Below are positions 9,301 to 18,073 of a DNA stretch of 64,000 bases, piece after piece. The DNA is taken from the IMG/VR virus record IMGVR_UViG_3300013296_000001, positions 4,211-68,210 of that record; one strand, written 5' to 3'. How positions within the stretch are numbered: position 1 is the stretch's first letter; every line of letters starts with the position of its first letter. A program made the position numbers and the translations under genes. This stretch comes from a virus. The notes under the pieces are model-generated. The model was not told the origin of the DNA. It ran no database searches and saw nothing but the letters and a program-made list of their open reading frames with translations.

Positions 9301-9885
9301 TCAAAATTTTCCGTGCTCTTGTCGGTGTCGATTATTCGCCGTTATACCCCCTCTCCCGTTACGGCACTCCCACATTGCATCTGGCACCCCGGCAACGGTG
9401 ACAACCCATTGTAAGTCTCTCAATACCGTCTTGACACATACCCCACACGCCGCAGCGATCGCTAACGCCGTCCACCCTTCGACGGCGTACATATACAAGA
9501 ACATTCGAGTCCGCATCGGCCAGTATCTTCGATCTTCCTTAGTGTCCTCCCATAACTCGCTAACCCGTTCCTCTGGGCTTGGGTTGTACTCTCTGTCCAG
9601 AACCTCGATAACCTCAGTGAATCCGTTCGATCGGTCCGGCTCAAACGACAGGTACTTACTGAACTGGCATACGTCCGAATGCCTGGACCGTCTTACCCCG
9701 TACCGTGCCGCAATCCTTGCCAGTCCGATCGGATTCTTTACGTCCTTCACTAGCCCTATCCGCTTCACTGCTTCCAGCCATGCCGCACCGACGTAGGCAC
9801 CGTAGTCCTCTCCCGTCTGGTATGCCATACGTCGGGACTCGGTGAACGCAGCTATAACACAGACATCAGGTACGTCTACTTCCAT
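9301..9885 (-). CDS. Sigma-70 region 4-like HTH protein
   Basis: C-terminal MFLYMYAVEGWTALAIAAACGVCVKTVLRDL helix-turn-helix. Confidence 0.55.
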   Translation of the reverse strand: MEVDVPDVCVIAAFTESRRMAYQTGEDYGAYVGAAWLEAVKRIGLVKDVKNPIGLARIAARYGVRRSRHSDVCQFSKYLSFEPDRSNGFTEVIEVLDREYNPSPEERVSELWEDTKEDRRYWPMRTRMFLYMYAVEGWTALAIAAACGVCVKTVLRDLQWVVTVAGVPDAMWECRNGRGGITANNRHRQEHGKF

Positions 9886-9918
9886 GATTTTTGATCAAAA
9901 TTCTAAGGGAGTAGTAGT

Positions 9919-10524
9919 CTAGTACGGTTGCTCTGACAGTGCCTCACACGCTGTCCGCAGTGTGGCAATTGCAGTGTCGCACATCCACTCTTGAGCCGCC
10001 ACATTGTTACGGAGGATGGCCGCAGGGTGAACGATGTCTATCACCTTGAACGGTAGTTTGTCCCTTTCCCCGACCCCGAACGGCTTCAGAGGAAACCACT
10101 TCTGAGAAATCCTACCAACCCGTACCACCATCTGCGGATTACACAATTCCACGAACTCTATCAGTCTCGGTTGACACGCTTTAATCTGATCAACGTCCGG
10201 CTCCGTCCACTTCTCGCCGTTCTCGTCCCGTGGGATGCATCCAACGATATTTGTGAATGCCTTCCGCAGATGCGTCGGCAAGCCTTCCGATACGATTCGG
10301 TCTAATAGATGCCCGGCCGGTCCGATGAATGGGACACCGATTGTATCCTCTGACTCTCCGGGCGCTTCTCCGACGAATAGCACGTCAGCGGGAACACTCC
10401 CTCTAGCAATGCAGACGTTACTTGCATTGGCGCAGTGGTCGGAGCCGCACCCTACACCCTTCCGTCCGTACTTCTCGACGTGAAGTGAATACCTAGTCCT
10501 TCTCTGTTGGCTTCCCTTTTCCAT
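9919..10524 (-). CDS. udg: Uracil-DNA glycosylase family 4
   Basis: VLFVGEAPGESED...PFIGPAG...TNIVGCIP...HPAAIL with Fe-S cysteines. Confidence 0.9.
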   Translation of the reverse strand: MEKGSQQRRTRYSLHVEKYGRKGVGCGSDHCANASNVCIARGSVPADVLFVGEAPGESEDTIGVPFIGPAGHLLDRIVSEGLPTHLRKAFTNIVGCIPRDENGEKWTEPDVDQIKACQPRLIEFVELCNPQMVVRVGRISQKWFPLKPFGVGERDKLPFKVIDIVHPAAILRNNVAAQEWMCDTAIATLRTACEALSEQPY

Positions 10525-10608
10525 TGTTGTCGTCCTTTGTGAGCCAGTAGAACAAGAGTCCGATGCATCCGAGACTGTACAGCACTAGTTCTGCTCTAGA
10601 CATTTTGA

Positions 10609-11163
10609 TCAAATTTCATGTGATGGGTAAACCATCCTGGCGGTTTTCCTACGTCTGCAAAACTCAGCCAGAAGTAAAGCATCTGCCGTCTTCAGCGTGA
10701 CATTCTCTAACGGGAACATCTGTTGTGCCACCCCCTTCAGGTAGTTCTTCCATTCCGTCTTACCCTCTTCCTTACCCTTCTTTCGTAACCCCATCCCGCG
10801 CATCCATTCTTGCGGTCGGACAAGTTGCCACCGTAACCCAGTGAGCTTACCGAGCGTGGCCAGCGTTCCCCGAATCTCCCCGTTGTTCAGACCGAACGCG
10901 AACGCGCTAGATACTCCCTCTCTCGGCAGTGAGTGTACGTCTTCCACGAATACCCATGTCGAAGGGCCGGTGACACTCCATAGCCAGTCCGTGATATCTC
11001 GTGTCGTCTGCGGCATCGGAACGGCTGAGTAGGTGACTGGACTAGTGCCGTGTATCACCGCCATCCCACCACCAGAGCCGCCGGGGTCGATGCCGACGAA
11101 CCGACTAACTTCCCACGGTAGGGGAAGAGGGTCAGGGAACGTCTTGAACACTCTCTCTGTCAT
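10609..11163 (-). CDS. RuvC-like Holliday junction resolvase
   Basis: VGIDPG...FVEDV...SAFAFG...VRPQEW...ADALLLA. Confidence 0.85.
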   Translation of the reverse strand: MTERVFKTFPDPLPLPWEVSRFVGIDPGGSGGGMAVIHGTSPVTYSAVPMPQTTRDITDWLWSVTGPSTWVFVEDVHSLPREGVSSAFAFGLNNGEIRGTLATLGKLTGLRWQLVRPQEWMRGMGLRKKGKEEGKTEWKNYLKGVAQQMFPLENVTLKTADALLLAEFCRRRKTARMVYPSHEI

Positions 11164-11363
11164 CGGTCCCGTACCTCCACAACTAGACTCGTGCCCCTGT
11201 CTTCGATCGACACCCGGACGCCGTATCGGCTCGCCATATTTCTTACTTGCTGCACCATAGCCGATTGCGAAACGTGGTAGTCCCTTCCTTGCTGTAGCTC
11301 AAAGGTAGGGTAGCTAAACCAGTAATCCCACTCGTATTTGCTGTGCCGCTTCTGGAGTCTCAT
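11160..11363 (-). CDS. Small basic hypothetical protein
   Basis: First gene after the leftward promoter motif; ATGA overlap with the ruvC-like gene. Confidence 0.55.
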   Translation of the reverse strand: MRLQKRHSKYEWDYWFSYPTFELQQGRDYHVSQSAMVQQVRNMASRYGVRVSIEDRGTSLVVEVRDR

Positions 11364-11394
11364 ACCGTCACACTTGGGGTTGCATCTCAAGACA

Positions 11395-11406
11395 CTTATT
11401 ATTATA
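11395..11406 (-). promoter_or_regulatory. Putative -10 promoter element (TATAATAATAAG)
   Basis: Same 12-mer as at 5348 and 27895; heads the leftward replication operon. Confidence 0.55.
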
Positions 11407-11620
11407 CTAATAAGGAAAGTACGACTAGACAGGAATTCGGCGGATTTCCAGAATTTTGATCAAATTTCTGGATTCCGGCAAGAAACGTGCTTCCCGCCGT
11501 GGGGAAAGTATTTTCCGAATTCCGTCCGTATCGGCCATTTTTCGTTAGACGCGGACCCGTCTGGAGCGTATACCAGTCTGTGCGGCGGGAAATTTTGATC
11601 AAAATTCTGGAGGGTCTATC

Positions 11621-12082
11621 GTGAAAAAGTGCGTCATCATGCGGGGGATTCCGGGGGCGGGTAAATCAATGTGGGTCAGAATCGAAAAGGCCGGCTGCGA
11701 CGGTGGTTTCTACACAGTTTCCGCAGACAGTTTCTTTACTCGCCCAACAGGTGAGTACGTCTTTGACTCGGCCAAACTGTCTGAAGCACACAACCAGTGT
11801 CTTGGAGATTTCTTAGGATTCTGTATAACTGGCATGAACAGCAAATCTCCACACACGTTAGTTGTCGATAACACCAATGTCCGGCTTTTCGAGATTGCCC
11901 CTTACTACCGAATCGCTGAAGCGTTTGGCTACTCGGTTCAAATCGTGTGGGTGGTGTGCGACGTTCAGAAAGCGATTGCCCGTAACGTCCACGGTGTTCC
12001 CGCCAACGCCATTGAGACGATGGCCAAGTCTTTTGAGCCGATTCCGCACTTCTGGAACCAGACCATTGTTATCGGAGGGTAA
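11621..12082 (+). CDS. P-loop kinase (AAA_33/polynucleotide kinase-like)
   Basis: IMRGIPGAGKS...SADSFF...VVDNTN...RNVHGVP; GGAGG RBS. Confidence 0.85.
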   Translation: MKKCVIMRGIPGAGKSMWVRIEKAGCDGGFYTVSADSFFTRPTGEYVFDSAKLSEAHNQCLGDFLGFCITGMNSKSPHTLVVDNTNVRLFEIAPYYRIAEAFGYSVQIVWVVCDVQKAIARNVHGVPANAIETMAKSFEPIPHFWNQTIVIGG

Positions 12083-12085
12083 GCC

Positions 12086-12274
12086 GTGCCGATTCCAGTC
12101 ATCACGTTCAATGTCATGCGATTTCCAGCAACAAAGAAATGGGCAGTCTCTTGCGCTGGCTTTAGAGGCGGGTTTCACACTCGGCGCCGTGACGCTCTAG
12201 AGGAAGCGTACCAGTGGCGCGATAAAACGCACCCTGCAGCCCGTGTTCGGGTCACGGGGGATCGGGCAAAGTAG
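12086..12274 (+). CDS. Early hypothetical protein
   Basis: GGAGGG RBS; packed between neighbours. Confidence 0.55.
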   Translation: MPIPVITFNVMRFPATKKWAVSCAGFRGGFHTRRRDALEEAYQWRDKTHPAARVRVTGDRAK

Positions 12275-12315
12275 CCCATGCTCGGAGACGTGTGGCACTC
12301 TCGGAGGGTTGCCTA

Positions 12316-12690
12316 ATGGACAAGGAAGATGCCGAAGTCGGACAGAAATATGTTCTCAAAATTTACAGTACCACTCGACGGTACACAACCGTAGTGGCAT
12401 GGCTGGAATCAGTTACGAAGTACCGTAACCTTTGCTATTTGTTCCGTGACGTTCAGACAGGAGAACTCTACCAGCGTAAGACGCTGAACAACGTCTATCG
12501 TTTCGCTGACCGAACGATGTACTTCCCCGAAGACGTGTATGAAAATGACACCTGCCCTTCATGCCGGCCGGTGGTCGATAACTCGGACGCTACGAAAGAG
12601 TATGGACGGGACGTAGCCACTGACGAACTATGGACAAGCCTGATCCTCGCTGAAATCGCTCGACTCCAAAAGGGAAAGGAACCCGTATGA
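12316..12690 (+). CDS. Early hypothetical protein
   Basis: GGAGGG RBS before ATG 12316. Confidence 0.6.
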   Translation: MDKEDAEVGQKYVLKIYSTTRRYTTVVAWLESVTKYRNLCYLFRDVQTGELYQRKTLNNVYRFADRTMYFPEDVYENDTCPSCRPVVDNSDATKEYGRDVATDELWTSLILAEIARLQKGKEPV

Positions 12691-13148
12691 CATCCACCGA
12701 CATTCGAGAGGGATATCAGTACCTCGTGCGGACCGGAGTCGGACACAATCAGCGGAATGTGGCGGTAGAAGTGATCGAAGTGAAGGTCAACGCCATCAGC
12801 CGGAAGGGCATATGCCCACACAACTACCGGTGTCGGGTGCTGTTCGACGGATCGGTGATGACGGTTCCGTGTGTCAACGCTTTCCTTCGTCTGGCTATTG
12901 CCAGAGACACAAACTGTGAGCCATGCGGAATACTGACGCTCGTGAACGATAAGGGGTTTATCGACAATCGGCGTTGCGTTCTGCCCTACAAACATCGGGG
13001 GAAGTGCCTTACGTCGTTGTACATCCTGCAAGGGCTACCGACCGATAGAGAAGCTGAGGACTGGATTGCGTCACTCACTGAGGACGACTCGGCCGATTAC
13101 GCTCCGGTAGTGATACCTCGTGCCAATTGGCCAAGATTTGCTCTGTAG
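12687..13148 (+). CDS. Early hypothetical protein
   Basis: ATGA overlap with the upstream gene. Confidence 0.6.
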   Translation: MTSTDIREGYQYLVRTGVGHNQRNVAVEVIEVKVNAISRKGICPHNYRCRVLFDGSVMTVPCVNAFLRLAIARDTNCEPCGILTLVNDKGFIDNRRCVLPYKHRGKCLTSLYILQGLPTDREAEDWIASLTEDDSADYAPVVIPRANWPRFAL

Positions 13149-13265
13149 GGGTTGGAATTCCTATTTATGGGAATCTCGGAATTCTCTGGAAGAAAACAGG
13201 CAGAGTGACGTATATAGAGGTAGTGGCGAACGGAAATTTTGATCAAAATTCTTGGAGGGTTAACC

Positions 13266-13454
13266 ATGTACGAAGTCGAAACCACCAGCGGCGAGAAGGT
13301 TAGGATTGGTGCGGGGCTACTGTACCGTCTACGGATGTGGGCAGACTGGCAAATCGTTCAGTGCGGTTACAAGCCGGAGAGCATCAACGATGTCTGCCGG
13401 ATGCTCGATGAACGGGAGGAGAAGGAACGATATGGGCGGATTGGTGTTGCGTAA
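13266..13454 (+). CDS. Early hypothetical protein
   Basis: GGAGGG RBS; bracketed by palindromes at 13237 and 13456. Confidence 0.6.
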   Translation: MYEVETTSGEKVRIGAGLLYRLRMWADWQIVQCGYKPESINDVCRMLDEREEKERYGRIGVA

Positions 13455-13538
13455 ATTTTGATCAAAATTCTCAATCCTTGAAAGACGACGGCACCAGCGG
13501 CGTACTAGTCGAGACGGAACCACTAACGGAGGACTGAC

Positions 13539-13781
13539 GTGAAGGCCAACGAAATCGAAGTCGGCGGGTACTACATGGCGAAGGTATCGAACAATATTGT
13601 TAGGGTGCGGGTAGACGGTATCCGCACCGTCATTGGCTACGGTCGTGGCGTGGGTATCTACGGTACACGATCGACCGCTGATAAGACGGTGTACGACGTT
13701 ACCAACACTGTCACCGGCCGTAAGACGATGTTCCGTTCTGCCGCCAAGTTCCGTTCCCGAGTGCCTGTATCCGTGTCGTAA
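13539..13781 (+). CDS. Early hypothetical protein, SH3-like
   Basis: GGAGG RBS; EIEVGGYYMAKV beta-rich pattern. Confidence 0.6.
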   Translation: MKANEIEVGGYYMAKVSNNIVRVRVDGIRTVIGYGRGVGIYGTRSTADKTVYDVTNTVTGRKTMFRSAAKFRSRVPVSVS

Positions 13782-13797
13782 CTATTGGAGGGATACC

Positions 13798-14052
13798 GTG
13801 AAATACCGATGGAGGAAAGTTACGTTCGGAGAAGTGGTAGACCACTGTAGAGAAAGGGAAAGACTAGGTTTACCCCCTAATAATATGGAAAACCGTCCTG
13901 AGTCGGAGCGATGGGGTATGGCTGATTACGTAGGTCTAAACGACGGGACCGTAATTGCAGCGTGTTCGGCATGGTCCGGTCCATACTCGGAGGACACTCC
14001 TGATACCGACGGTGATCCGCCTGAGTTTTTTATCGGGATACCAGTTGTGTAA
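13798..14052 (+). CDS. Early hypothetical protein
   Basis: GGAGGG RBS then GTG at 13798. Confidence 0.55.
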   Translation: MKYRWRKVTFGEVVDHCRERERLGLPPNNMENRPESERWGMADYVGLNDGTVIAACSAWSGPYSEDTPDTDGDPPEFFIGIPVV

Positions 14053-14076
14053 AATTCGCCCTACGGAGTCTCTACC

Positions 14077-14214
14077 GTGTTACAGTTCTTCGCCCACCTG
14101 CTGAACCTCGAATTGCCGCCGCTCGAACTGTTCGACTGGTGGTTAGCGATCCCCTATGCCATCGTAGGTATCGGGGCGTTGTGTCGGTTGTCCTCGAAAC
14201 TGGAAGTCAAGTAG
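14077..14214 (+). CDS. Small membrane protein (45 aa)
   Basis: Hand translation MLQFFAHLLNLELPPLELFDWWLAIPYAIVGIGALCRLSSKLEVK; GGAG RBS. Confidence 0.45.
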   Translation: MLQFFAHLLNLELPPLELFDWWLAIPYAIVGIGALCRLSSKLEVK

Positions 14215-14266
14215 ACTTCCTACTCTATCACACCACTCCCCGCTAATAACGGGGGTGGTAACGATC

Positions 14267-14830
14267 ATGTTTCTTTGTCATGCCTGCGGTAACAGCACCA
14301 AGCCACGCGAGCAACGGACCGTCCTACCGATCTACTATGCTGGCACTCCTCGGCAGATCAAACGGGAATGCTGGTTGTGCCCTCGATGTGCTCAGGTCGT
14401 CTATCAGGATAAGCCGTCCGAACAAGTGGCAATTGCTCGATTGAACGCGGTGATTGCCATTCGGATCGCACAAGATGCCGAAGCATACCGACGGGCTGAA
14501 CTAGAGCGGATCGGTGAGGAGAACTACCGTCGGGAACGGGATCGGATGCGCCTTGCCGCGAAGATGGTTAAGACGATTCTAGTTCCTGAAGTTGACCACC
14601 TTGATACACCACCCGTTAAACCCCGCGGGTCGTACCAACTGCCGGAGTCGGCTCCGCAACCTACCCTGTCGGAACTGCTGCGGAACGCTGGCATCAAACC
14701 GCAGTCCCCGTTGAAGCGCGTCAAGTCGCACAATGCCAAATGCCTTGTGTGTGGCAGGACTGCGGCCGGTGGAATGAGCAACGAGACTGGTGTATACTGC
14801 CATCGGCACATAGACCACGCGAAATTTTGA
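14267..14830 (+). CDS. Hypothetical zinc-finger protein
   Basis: CxxC pairs near the N-terminus and CxxC...CxxH at the C-terminus; stop TGA supplied by the palindrome. Confidence 0.6.
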   Translation: MFLCHACGNSTKPREQRTVLPIYYAGTPRQIKRECWLCPRCAQVVYQDKPSEQVAIARLNAVIAIRIAQDAEAYRRAELERIGEENYRRERDRMRLAAKMVKTILVPEVDHLDTPPVKPRGSYQLPESAPQPTLSELLRNAGIKPQSPLKRVKSHNAKCLVCGRTAAGGMSNETGVYCHRHIDHAKF

Positions 14831-14839
14831 TCAAAGTTT

Positions 14840-14920
14840 TTGACAAGATTACCCCTTGTCCGTCGAATCGACTTGTATAGACTATCGAGACGGCTGCAAC
14901 GTGTAGCCGTCTCTTGTTTC
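14840..14920 (+). promoter_or_regulatory. Putative promoter plus leader hairpin upstream of the ParB-like gene
   Basis: TTGACA at 14840, TTGTCC at 14856 and TAGACT at 14878; 12-bp stem GAGACGGCTGCA/TGTAGCCGTCTC at 14887-14913 followed by TTGTTTCT. Confidence 0.5.
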
Positions 14921-14948
14921 TCAACCGTCTCTAGTGTGGAGAATCGAA

Positions 14949-16892
14949 ATGGCGAAGACGACAACCGCTCCTAAGCCGGCTACCCCGAGCAAGCCCGCTC
15001 CGAAGACTCCGGCCCCGACTCCTAAGCCGACGACGCCAAAGGGGAGCAATGGGAAGGCCAAGCCGGCGACGGAACCCGTGGAAGAGGTTGAAGAGGTTAC
15101 GGAAGTGACCGAGGGGACTGCGGACGACGTGAACGACGCTGCGGAGCCGGAACCGACGGAACTGCCTGATCCGATCGACCGGACGGAAATCAAGTACCCG
15201 AAGATTACCGTTATCAACAAGACGGCGGACGGTGAAGGGCCGTTGACCCCAGATGAGGTTAAAGAAATCGTCGGGTACTGTACCGATCCGATCACGGCGA
15301 AGGTCAACGGGTTCAGCGAGAAGGAACCGCTTGACACTCTGCCGGACGGAACAAAGTTCTGGTTCTTGTACAACACGAAGAACCGTCCGTACTACCCCGC
15401 CATTGCCCGTAGTTACGCGCAGTCGATCCTTACCGGCAAGTGGGAAGCGAATGGCGAATCGGCTGTCATCGGTAAGACCGCTGAGTGTCTGTCGATTCAA
15501 CACCGAGCCGGGGGGCTGCTGATCGCTGAAGCCGAGCGGGCTGCTAACCCTGAAACGTGGGAACACTTGTGGGGCGAAGGGCCGGTGACTATGCCGACAA
15601 TTCTGGTGTTCGGGGTCGAAGAGACGGACCGTGTAGTGAACACGATGGACACCGGCAAGGGCCGGACCGGTGCCGATATGCTGTTCCGCACGGAAATCAT
15701 GCTGCAAGCGTTTCCGAACAAGCAGACTCGGCGTGTTGCCGGGAACATCGTGACCAACGCCGTGAAGATGCTTTGGGATCGGATGGGAGTCAAGCAACAC
15801 AGCTTTACGCCTCAACTCAACCAAGCGGAGTTGCACGACTTCCTTATCCGTCACCCGAAGATTGTGGAAGCGGCGGCTCACATCCTGGAGGAAGACACTT
15901 ATGAGGGTGAGAAGAAGCGCGGGCGGGTTTCTAGTACAATCCTACCCCCTGGCTACGCTGCCGCCGTCCTGTTCCTGATGGGCGTGTCTGATACCGATGG
16001 GGACGAGTACAACCACGTTGGAGACATCGACAACTATAAGAAAACTGTGCCCACTCAAGACGGGATGGATTTGGGTAAGTGGGACAAGGCCGCTAAGTTC
16101 TGGAGTCAGTTGGTGGATCAGAATAACACCAACTTGTCCGGTGTGCGGCAAGCGTTCCTCTTGCTGCAAGATAAGTTCATGGGCCGTGGTCTGCCCGAAG
16201 GTATGGAACCGCTGACGGACGATTCCGGTGCGGTGATTGAGGCTGAGGGGTGCCACCCGTCGATTGACGAAAAGTTGATTGTCTTAGCGCGTGCCTGGAA
16301 TCTCTACAAGAAGGGCAAGCCGGTCAAGGCCGACGATTGCCTACCGGAAGTGGATAGCGTCAAGTTCGATAAGAACCGTCGTCGGAAGATCGTCGGTGAG
16401 TTGCCGAACTTTGGTGGTGTGGACGTGCCGAAGGTGGGCAAGATGTCCGAGACTCCCGACGATCCCGACAACACGGAAGAGGTTGAGGAAGGCACTGAGC
16501 AAGTTCAGCGGACCCCGCAGGAAGAAATCAACTTCATGCGGTTGCAGTTCGGTCTGGACGATAATGATGTGGCCCTCTTCAAGATGGGTGGCAGTGACCT
16601 GTACCGTCTGTGGAACCCGAATTCCCGTGACAAGGAACTCGTCAAGGCACTCGGATTCAACTGGAACAAGCCCGGGGAAGAGGGTGCGTTTTCTGGAATG
16701 CACAAGTACGAATTCGACCAATCGAAGCTCGATGCCGTGGTAAGCAAGGCAGTGGCGGCCGGTCGGAAGGTCCACTTGATTGAGACGTTTGGCAAGGACA
16801 AGCCGCCGCAACATACTGCCTTGACGGGTGCTCCGAGCAAGCCGGCTGCTGGTGGCAACGGTGCCAAGCCAAAGGTGGCTCCGAAGAAGTAA
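14949..16892 (+). CDS. DGQHR/ParB-Srx-superfamily protein with Lys/Pro/Ala-rich tails
   Basis: NRPY...SYAQSILTGKWEANGESAVIG...LSIQHR...ILVFGV...TMDTGKGRT matches the phage ParB-like pattern NR...Y..DM..G.W..NGE.I...LlDGQHRL...tmDtG..Rt. Confidence 0.7.
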   Translation: MAKTTTAPKPATPSKPAPKTPAPTPKPTTPKGSNGKAKPATEPVEEVEEVTEVTEGTADDVNDAAEPEPTELPDPIDRTEIKYPKITVINKTADGEGPLTPDEVKEIVGYCTDPITAKVNGFSEKEPLDTLPDGTKFWFLYNTKNRPYYPAIARSYAQSILTGKWEANGESAVIGKTAECLSIQHRAGGLLIAEAERAANPETWEHLWGEGPVTMPTILVFGVEETDRVVNTMDTGKGRTGADMLFRTEIMLQAFPNKQTRRVAGNIVTNAVKMLWDRMGVKQHSFTPQLNQAELHDFLIRHPKIVEAAAHILEEDTYEGEKKRGRVSSTILPPGYAAAVLFLMGVSDTDGDEYNHVGDIDNYKKTVPTQDGMDLGKWDKAAKFWSQLVDQNNTNLSGVRQAFLLLQDKFMGRGLPEGMEPLTDDSGAVIEAEGCHPSIDEKLIVLARAWNLYKKGKPVKADDCLPEVDSVKFDKNRRRKIVGELPNFGGVDVPKVGKMSETPDDPDNTEEVEEGTEQVQRTPQEEINFMRLQFGLDDNDVALFKMGGSDLYRLWNPNSRDKELVKALGFNWNKPGEEGAFSGMHKYEFDQSKLDAVVSKAVAAGRKVHLIETFGKDKPPQHTALTGAPSKPAAGGNGAKPKVAPKK

Positions 16893-16915
16893 CAGGACTG
16901 CCAATTTGGCAACCG

Positions 16916-16948
16916 TACCCTATCCTAATCCGGTGGGGTATTTTTATT
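16916..16948 (+). terminator. Intrinsic terminator
   Basis: TACCCTATC/GGTGGGGTA stem plus TTTTTATT. Confidence 0.7.
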
Positions 16949-17050
16949 GCCAGACAGTAGTTACGGTAATTTTGATCAAAATTCTTTGCCTTCCCTGCCG
17001 AAGTAGAGTATAGATACTGGTAGATCGGACACCGCACAGGAGAACCAGAG

Positions 17051-17263
17051 ATGCCCGCTCAAACCACGATGGAAAGCAAGCTGACCGCAGTTGCCTCTAA
17101 GGTGTTTGAGAACGGGATGATCTTCGTTTACGAGTCCGGCGGGGTGTACTGGTTAGCGACTCGGGTTGAAGACAAGTTCAGGACGATGCGATCTATCGGG
17201 TTCGACGGGGCAGGGTATCGGGAGATGGTCAAGGAAATCAAGCGGGTTGCTGCGGAATACTGA
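17051..17263 (+). CDS. Early hypothetical protein
   Basis: AGGAG RBS; terminator follows. Confidence 0.65.
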   Translation: MPAQTTMESKLTAVASKVFENGMIFVYESGGVYWLATRVEDKFRTMRSIGFDGAGYREMVKEIKRVAAEY

Positions 17264-17272
17264 CCGACACCT

Positions 17273-17304
17273 AACCCCGGGATAACCTCTCGGGGTTTCT
17301 CTTT
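17273..17304 (+). terminator. Intrinsic terminator (AACCCCGG family)
   Basis: AACCCCGGGA/TCTCGGGGTT stem plus TCTCTTT. Confidence 0.75.
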
Positions 17305-17314
17305 GGGGGAACCT

Positions 17315-17545
17315 ATGAAAGTCCGATGGAGACGTAGGAACACGGCATCGGTAGGAACGTTCTACGAAGTCGATAACTCGGCTGGGCAAGTCATTATCCA
17401 CATACACCGTAAGGATCACTGCGGGTATTGGTACGTGTTCGTCGGGGAGGACATGGACGAAGCAGATGGGGACCGGTTTAATTTCCTATGGGAAGCGAAA
17501 CGGTATGCAGAGAAAGAGATTAAGTCGGGACGGGTGACTATCTAG
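17315..17545 (+). CDS. Early hypothetical protein
   Basis: GGGGGA RBS before ATG 17315. Confidence 0.6.
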   Translation: MKVRWRRRNTASVGTFYEVDNSAGQVIIHIHRKDHCGYWYVFVGEDMDEADGDRFNFLWEAKRYAEKEIKSGRVTI

Positions 17546-17641
17546 AAATTTTGATCAAAATTCTTGCAACATTCCGCCCCGAGTGACGTATACCTTACCA
17601 GAGGGATGCAAACCGTGTCCCCAACCTGCAAGGAGAGAGCA

Positions 17642-17908
17642 ATGGGAAGCTTCCAGATCATCGGTCGGATCGTGGTGGGGCAAGAGGACTACGTGATCGA
17701 CTCAGGCGACGGAACGACGATCTACCCGAGAGGGGCAGTGCGGGTGTTCGGTTACAAGGTCGGGTGTCTGTCGAACGGCACCCCCCGTGTCTACTTGTTC
17801 GACTCGTTGCAGGACGCTATGCAGTGGATCGACACGCAAGAGGAAGCCGTATCCGCTGAACGTGGATTCGATGCGTGGGTGGACTCCTACCGTGAACCGA
17901 CTGAGTAG
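17642..17908 (+). CDS. Early hypothetical protein
   Basis: AGGAG RBS before ATG 17642. Confidence 0.65.
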   Translation: MGSFQIIGRIVVGQEDYVIDSGDGTTIYPRGAVRVFGYKVGCLSNGTPRVYLFDSLQDAMQWIDTQEEAVSAERGFDAWVDSYREPTE

Positions 17909-17919
17909 CCCAGCAATTG

Positions 17920-17953
17920 AACCCCGGCACTAATCCTGCCGGGGTTTCTTTTT
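17920..17953 (+). terminator. Intrinsic terminator (AACCCCGG family)
   Basis: AACCCCGGCA/TGCCGGGGTT stem plus TCTTTTT. Confidence 0.8.
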
Positions 17954-18073
17954 GCTATGGCGTGAACTACCTATCGATAATTTTGATCAAAATTTCGGAT
18001 TCCCTGCAACAAACCCTGCCGACTGTCGTATATATAGTTGTGTGGAACGGAAAACCCCTTCAGGAGTAGGACA

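Noticed and set aside
14931-15881. Long antisense or alternative-frame ORFs (e.g. 14931-15881, 40982-41917, 41670-42500, 51882-52508)
   Set aside because: They are shadows of GC-rich real genes, with no motifs or RBS and Arg/Pro-biased composition.
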